Assembly (NCBI GenBank): GCA_030650275.1
Contig: JAUSEK010000015.1
Span: 67,834 to 131,833, forward strand
Length of the DNA: 64,000 nucleotides
Source of the DNA: Candidatus Omnitrophota bacterium
Lineage (GTDB): Bacteria > Omnitrophota > Gorgyraeia > Zapsychrales > Fredricksoniimonadaceae
Direction of reading: 5' to 3'
Shown here: positions 62,338 through 64,000 of the stretch, piece by piece
How positions within the stretch are numbered: position 1 is the first letter of the stretch
How the letters are laid out: each line of letters opens with the position of its first letter
The notes under the pieces: generated by a model
Seen by the model: the letters and a program-made list of their open reading frames with translations, nothing else
Database searches by the model: none
What the model was told of the DNA's origin: nothing
Translations under genes and position numbers: made by a program

Positions 62338-63384
62338 TTGGGAGGTTGTGGCTTGGAAATAAAGAACTCATTCGGCCTGACCAAGGTCAAGCATGTCATC
62401 GCCGTCTCTTCCTGCAAAGGCGGGGTGGGCAAATCCACTGTTGCCGCGGGATTTGCGCGTTCTTTATGCCAACAGGGCTTTAAAACAGGACTTTTGGATG
62501 CCGACATCCACGGACCATCCCTTCCAACGCTGTTTAACCTGACCTCCGGCGTTAAGGTCCTTTCCAATGAATTCCGGATGATCGTTCCTGTTGAATCCCA
62601 GGGGCTCAAATTGATGTCCTTTGGTTTTTTGCTGGGGGACGCGCCGGCTGTGATGCGCGGGCCCATCGTCACCCGGTATATCCAGCAGATGATGCTTCAG
62701 ACCGACTGGGGCGAACTGGATTATCTGATCGTTGACATGCCGCCCGGGACAGGGGACGTGCAGTTGACCATCACCCAGTCCGCGCGCCTGACGGGCGCTG
62801 TGATCGTCACCACCCGCCAGACCTTGTCGCTGGTGGACGTGGCGCGCGGGATCCTGATGTTTGAGAAGGTGAGCGTTCCCATTTTAGGCATCGTTGATAA
62901 CATGGCCTATTTTGTCTGCGGATCCTGCCAGACAAAGCATTATCTGTTTGGCGGCGAGCATGCGCTGGAAAAACGTTTCGGCGTCAAGACGCTGGTGGAG
63001 ATCCCGTTGATCGCGGACCTTGCTCTGGAGTCCTATATGGACCAGGGCGCGCAAGCGATGTTGGACGCGGTCAAGGCACAGGCACAGGCCAAAGAGCAGC
63101 TTCCCGAGGTCAGTTTTGACGCAGAGCATATCCATTTGAAATTTGCCGACGGCAGGCAGGTGCAGGTGAAAAATCGCGACCTGCGTTTGAATTGCATGTG
63201 CGCTTTATGCGTGAGTGAATTGACCGGACAGAAATTGATCGCCCCTGCGAAAATACGCCCTGACATTGCTCCCAAAGAAATCGTGCCGCTGGGCAATTAT
63301 GCCTTGAGCATCACATGGAACGACGGCCATTCTTCAGGTATCTATCCCTATTCCATGTTTGAATTATGGGGACACAATACTTAA
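62338..63384 (+). CDS. Mrp/NBP35 (ApbC-like) Fe-S cluster carrier ATPase with C-terminal DUF971-like domain
   Basis: About 345 aa. The start is uncertain; an alternative TTG lies near 62353. P-loop SCKGGVGKST. CxxC (FVCGSC). C-terminal ...NYALSITWNDGHSSGIYPYSMFELW. Confidence 0.8.
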   Translation: MGGCGLEIKNSFGLTKVKHVIAVSSCKGGVGKSTVAAGFARSLCQQGFKTGLLDADIHGPSLPTLFNLTSGVKVLSNEFRMIVPVESQGLKLMSFGFLLGDAPAVMRGPIVTRYIQQMMLQTDWGELDYLIVDMPPGTGDVQLTITQSARLTGAVIVTTRQTLSLVDVARGILMFEKVSVPILGIVDNMAYFVCGSCQTKHYLFGGEHALEKRFGVKTLVEIPLIADLALESYMDQGAQAMLDAVKAQAQAKEQLPEVSFDAEHIHLKFADGRQVQVKNRDLRLNCMCALCVSELTGQKLIAPAKIRPDIAPKEIVPLGNYALSITWNDGHSSGIYPYSMFELWGHNT

Positions 63385-63425
63385 TTCCTGATACTTTAAA
63401 CGGTTGAATTAAGTATTGTGTCCCC
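63368..63425. repeat. 58-bp perfect palindrome (arms GGGGACACAATACTTAATTC), copy 2 of 2, overlapping the mrp stop
   Basis: Arms identical to the element at 8763-8818. The loop differs (CTGATACTTTAAACGGTT). Flanking TTATGGGG...CCCCWTAATTC is also shared. Confidence 0.9.
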
Positions 63426-63453
63426 TTAATTCTGTCTGTGATATACTTTCGAC

Positions 63454-64000
63454 ATGGCTAAAAATAAAAAATTAAATATCGCCGCCGCTGAAGAGCTGAA
63501 GATCCTGCGCACTGTGGCGGACATCGCCTCGTCCGAGCTGGACCTGGCCATCACCCTGCACGAGGTCGTCAAGATCGTTACCGCGATGACCGGGGCGGAC
63601 TCTGTTTTCATTTATCTTTTTGACGGAAAAAAAGAGAATTTGGTGCTGATGGCTTCCAAGACCGCGCACCAGAAAGAACTGGGCAAGGTCATTTTGAAGA
63701 TCGGGGAAGGCATCACCGGCTGGGTTGCCCGCGAGAACAAGCCTGTGGCCATCAAAACACACGCTTATAAGGACCCGCGCTTTAAAAGTTTTGACGTTTT
63801 GCCTGAAGACCGCTACGAGGCCTTTTTGTCCGTGCCCATCATCTATAAGGGAAAGGCCATCGGCGTTGTCAATGTCCAGCATAAGCGCCAACAGGATTAT
63901 GCCAGGGCCACGCTCGATCTCATTAAGACCATCGCCAAACAGGTCGGAGGCGTCATTGAACACGCGCGGCTGTATGAAGAGACCAAACAAAAGGCCCTGC
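63454..64000 (+). CDS. GAF domain protein (partial, continues past the window end)
   Basis: Manual translation: MAKNKKLNIAAAEELKILRTVADIASSELDLAITLHEVVKIVTAMTGADSVFIYLFDGKKENLVLMAS...GEGITGWVARENKPVAIK...VPIIYKGKAIGVVNVQHK, a typical GAF fold signature. No stop before position 64000. Confidence 0.65.
   Translation, partial: MAKNKKLNIAAAEELKILRTVADIASSELDLAITLHEVVKIVTAMTGADSVFIYLFDGKKENLVLMASKTAHQKELGKVILKIGEGITGWVARENKPVAIKTHAYKDPRFKSFDVLPEDRYEAFLSVPIIYKGKAIGVVNVQHKRQQDYARATLDLIKTIAKQVGGVIEHARLYEETKQKAL

Overview
This window is a bacterial chromosomal segment spanning the replication-origin neighbourhood.

The left half carries the origin gene set on the minus strand: gyrA, gyrB, a DUF721/DciA-like gene, dnaN and dnaA. 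These are followed on the plus strand by rpmH, yidD, yidC, a Jag_N-domain gene, parA and parB. DnaA-box clusters sit in the dnaN|dnaA and dnaA|rpmH spacers. A textbook sigma-70 promoter lies in front of rpmH.

Upstream of that block are Flp/Tad pilus genes, a parvulin-type PPIase, mdh, a CN-hydrolase, a GST and tRNA-Glu. The pilus genes include a secretin that carries a C-terminal TonB_C-like domain, and cpaB.

Downstream are yicC, gmk, rpoZ and a stand-alone coaC. They are followed by a tRNA-Cys/Leu/Val cluster abutted by a LAGLIDADG-like ORF. Further downstream are an HD-GYP/HAMP sensor, an FTR1-type iron permease, a DedA protein and a TPR membrane protein. Next come sucCD (with a 30-codon upstream ORF that duplicates the SucC N-terminus), two ATPase-family proteins, and the complex I genes.

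The nuo operon is split. nuoA–I run on the plus strand (31.4–39.3 kb) and nuoJ–N on the minus strand (46.3–52.1 kb). About 7 kb lies between them. It contains a sensor-fused otsA, otsB, a GH15 hydrolase, a transporter, a CPXCG zinc-ribbon gene and a HigB/HigA-like TA pair. The TA cassette is flanked by 23-bp direct repeats copied from the nuoN 3' end.

The most unusual region is an AT-rich, apparently horizontally acquired island (~52.2–62.4 kb). It is a tightly coupled operon of:
- an excisionase-type HTH gene;
- a PLD-nuclease::SNF2-helicase fusion (1065 aa);
- a ~1230-aa PglX/DrmMI-like gamma-class N6-adenine methyltransferase that is split by a single-base deletion in a CCCGGG run;
- two unknown proteins, one of them a TM + coiled-coil protein.

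It is followed by an AlbA_2/HATPase_c_4 protein whose C-terminal winged helix is out of frame across a 13-bp tandem repeat. This resembles a compacted DISARM/BREX-like defence module and is not a described architecture as far as I can tell.

Two interspersed repeat families are also present. One is a ~90-bp multi-hairpin MITE/REP-like element in at least four copies, two of them inside the nuo operon, with compensatory stem mutations. The other is a 58-bp perfect palindrome in two copies, at gyrB|gyrA and after the mrp-like gene.
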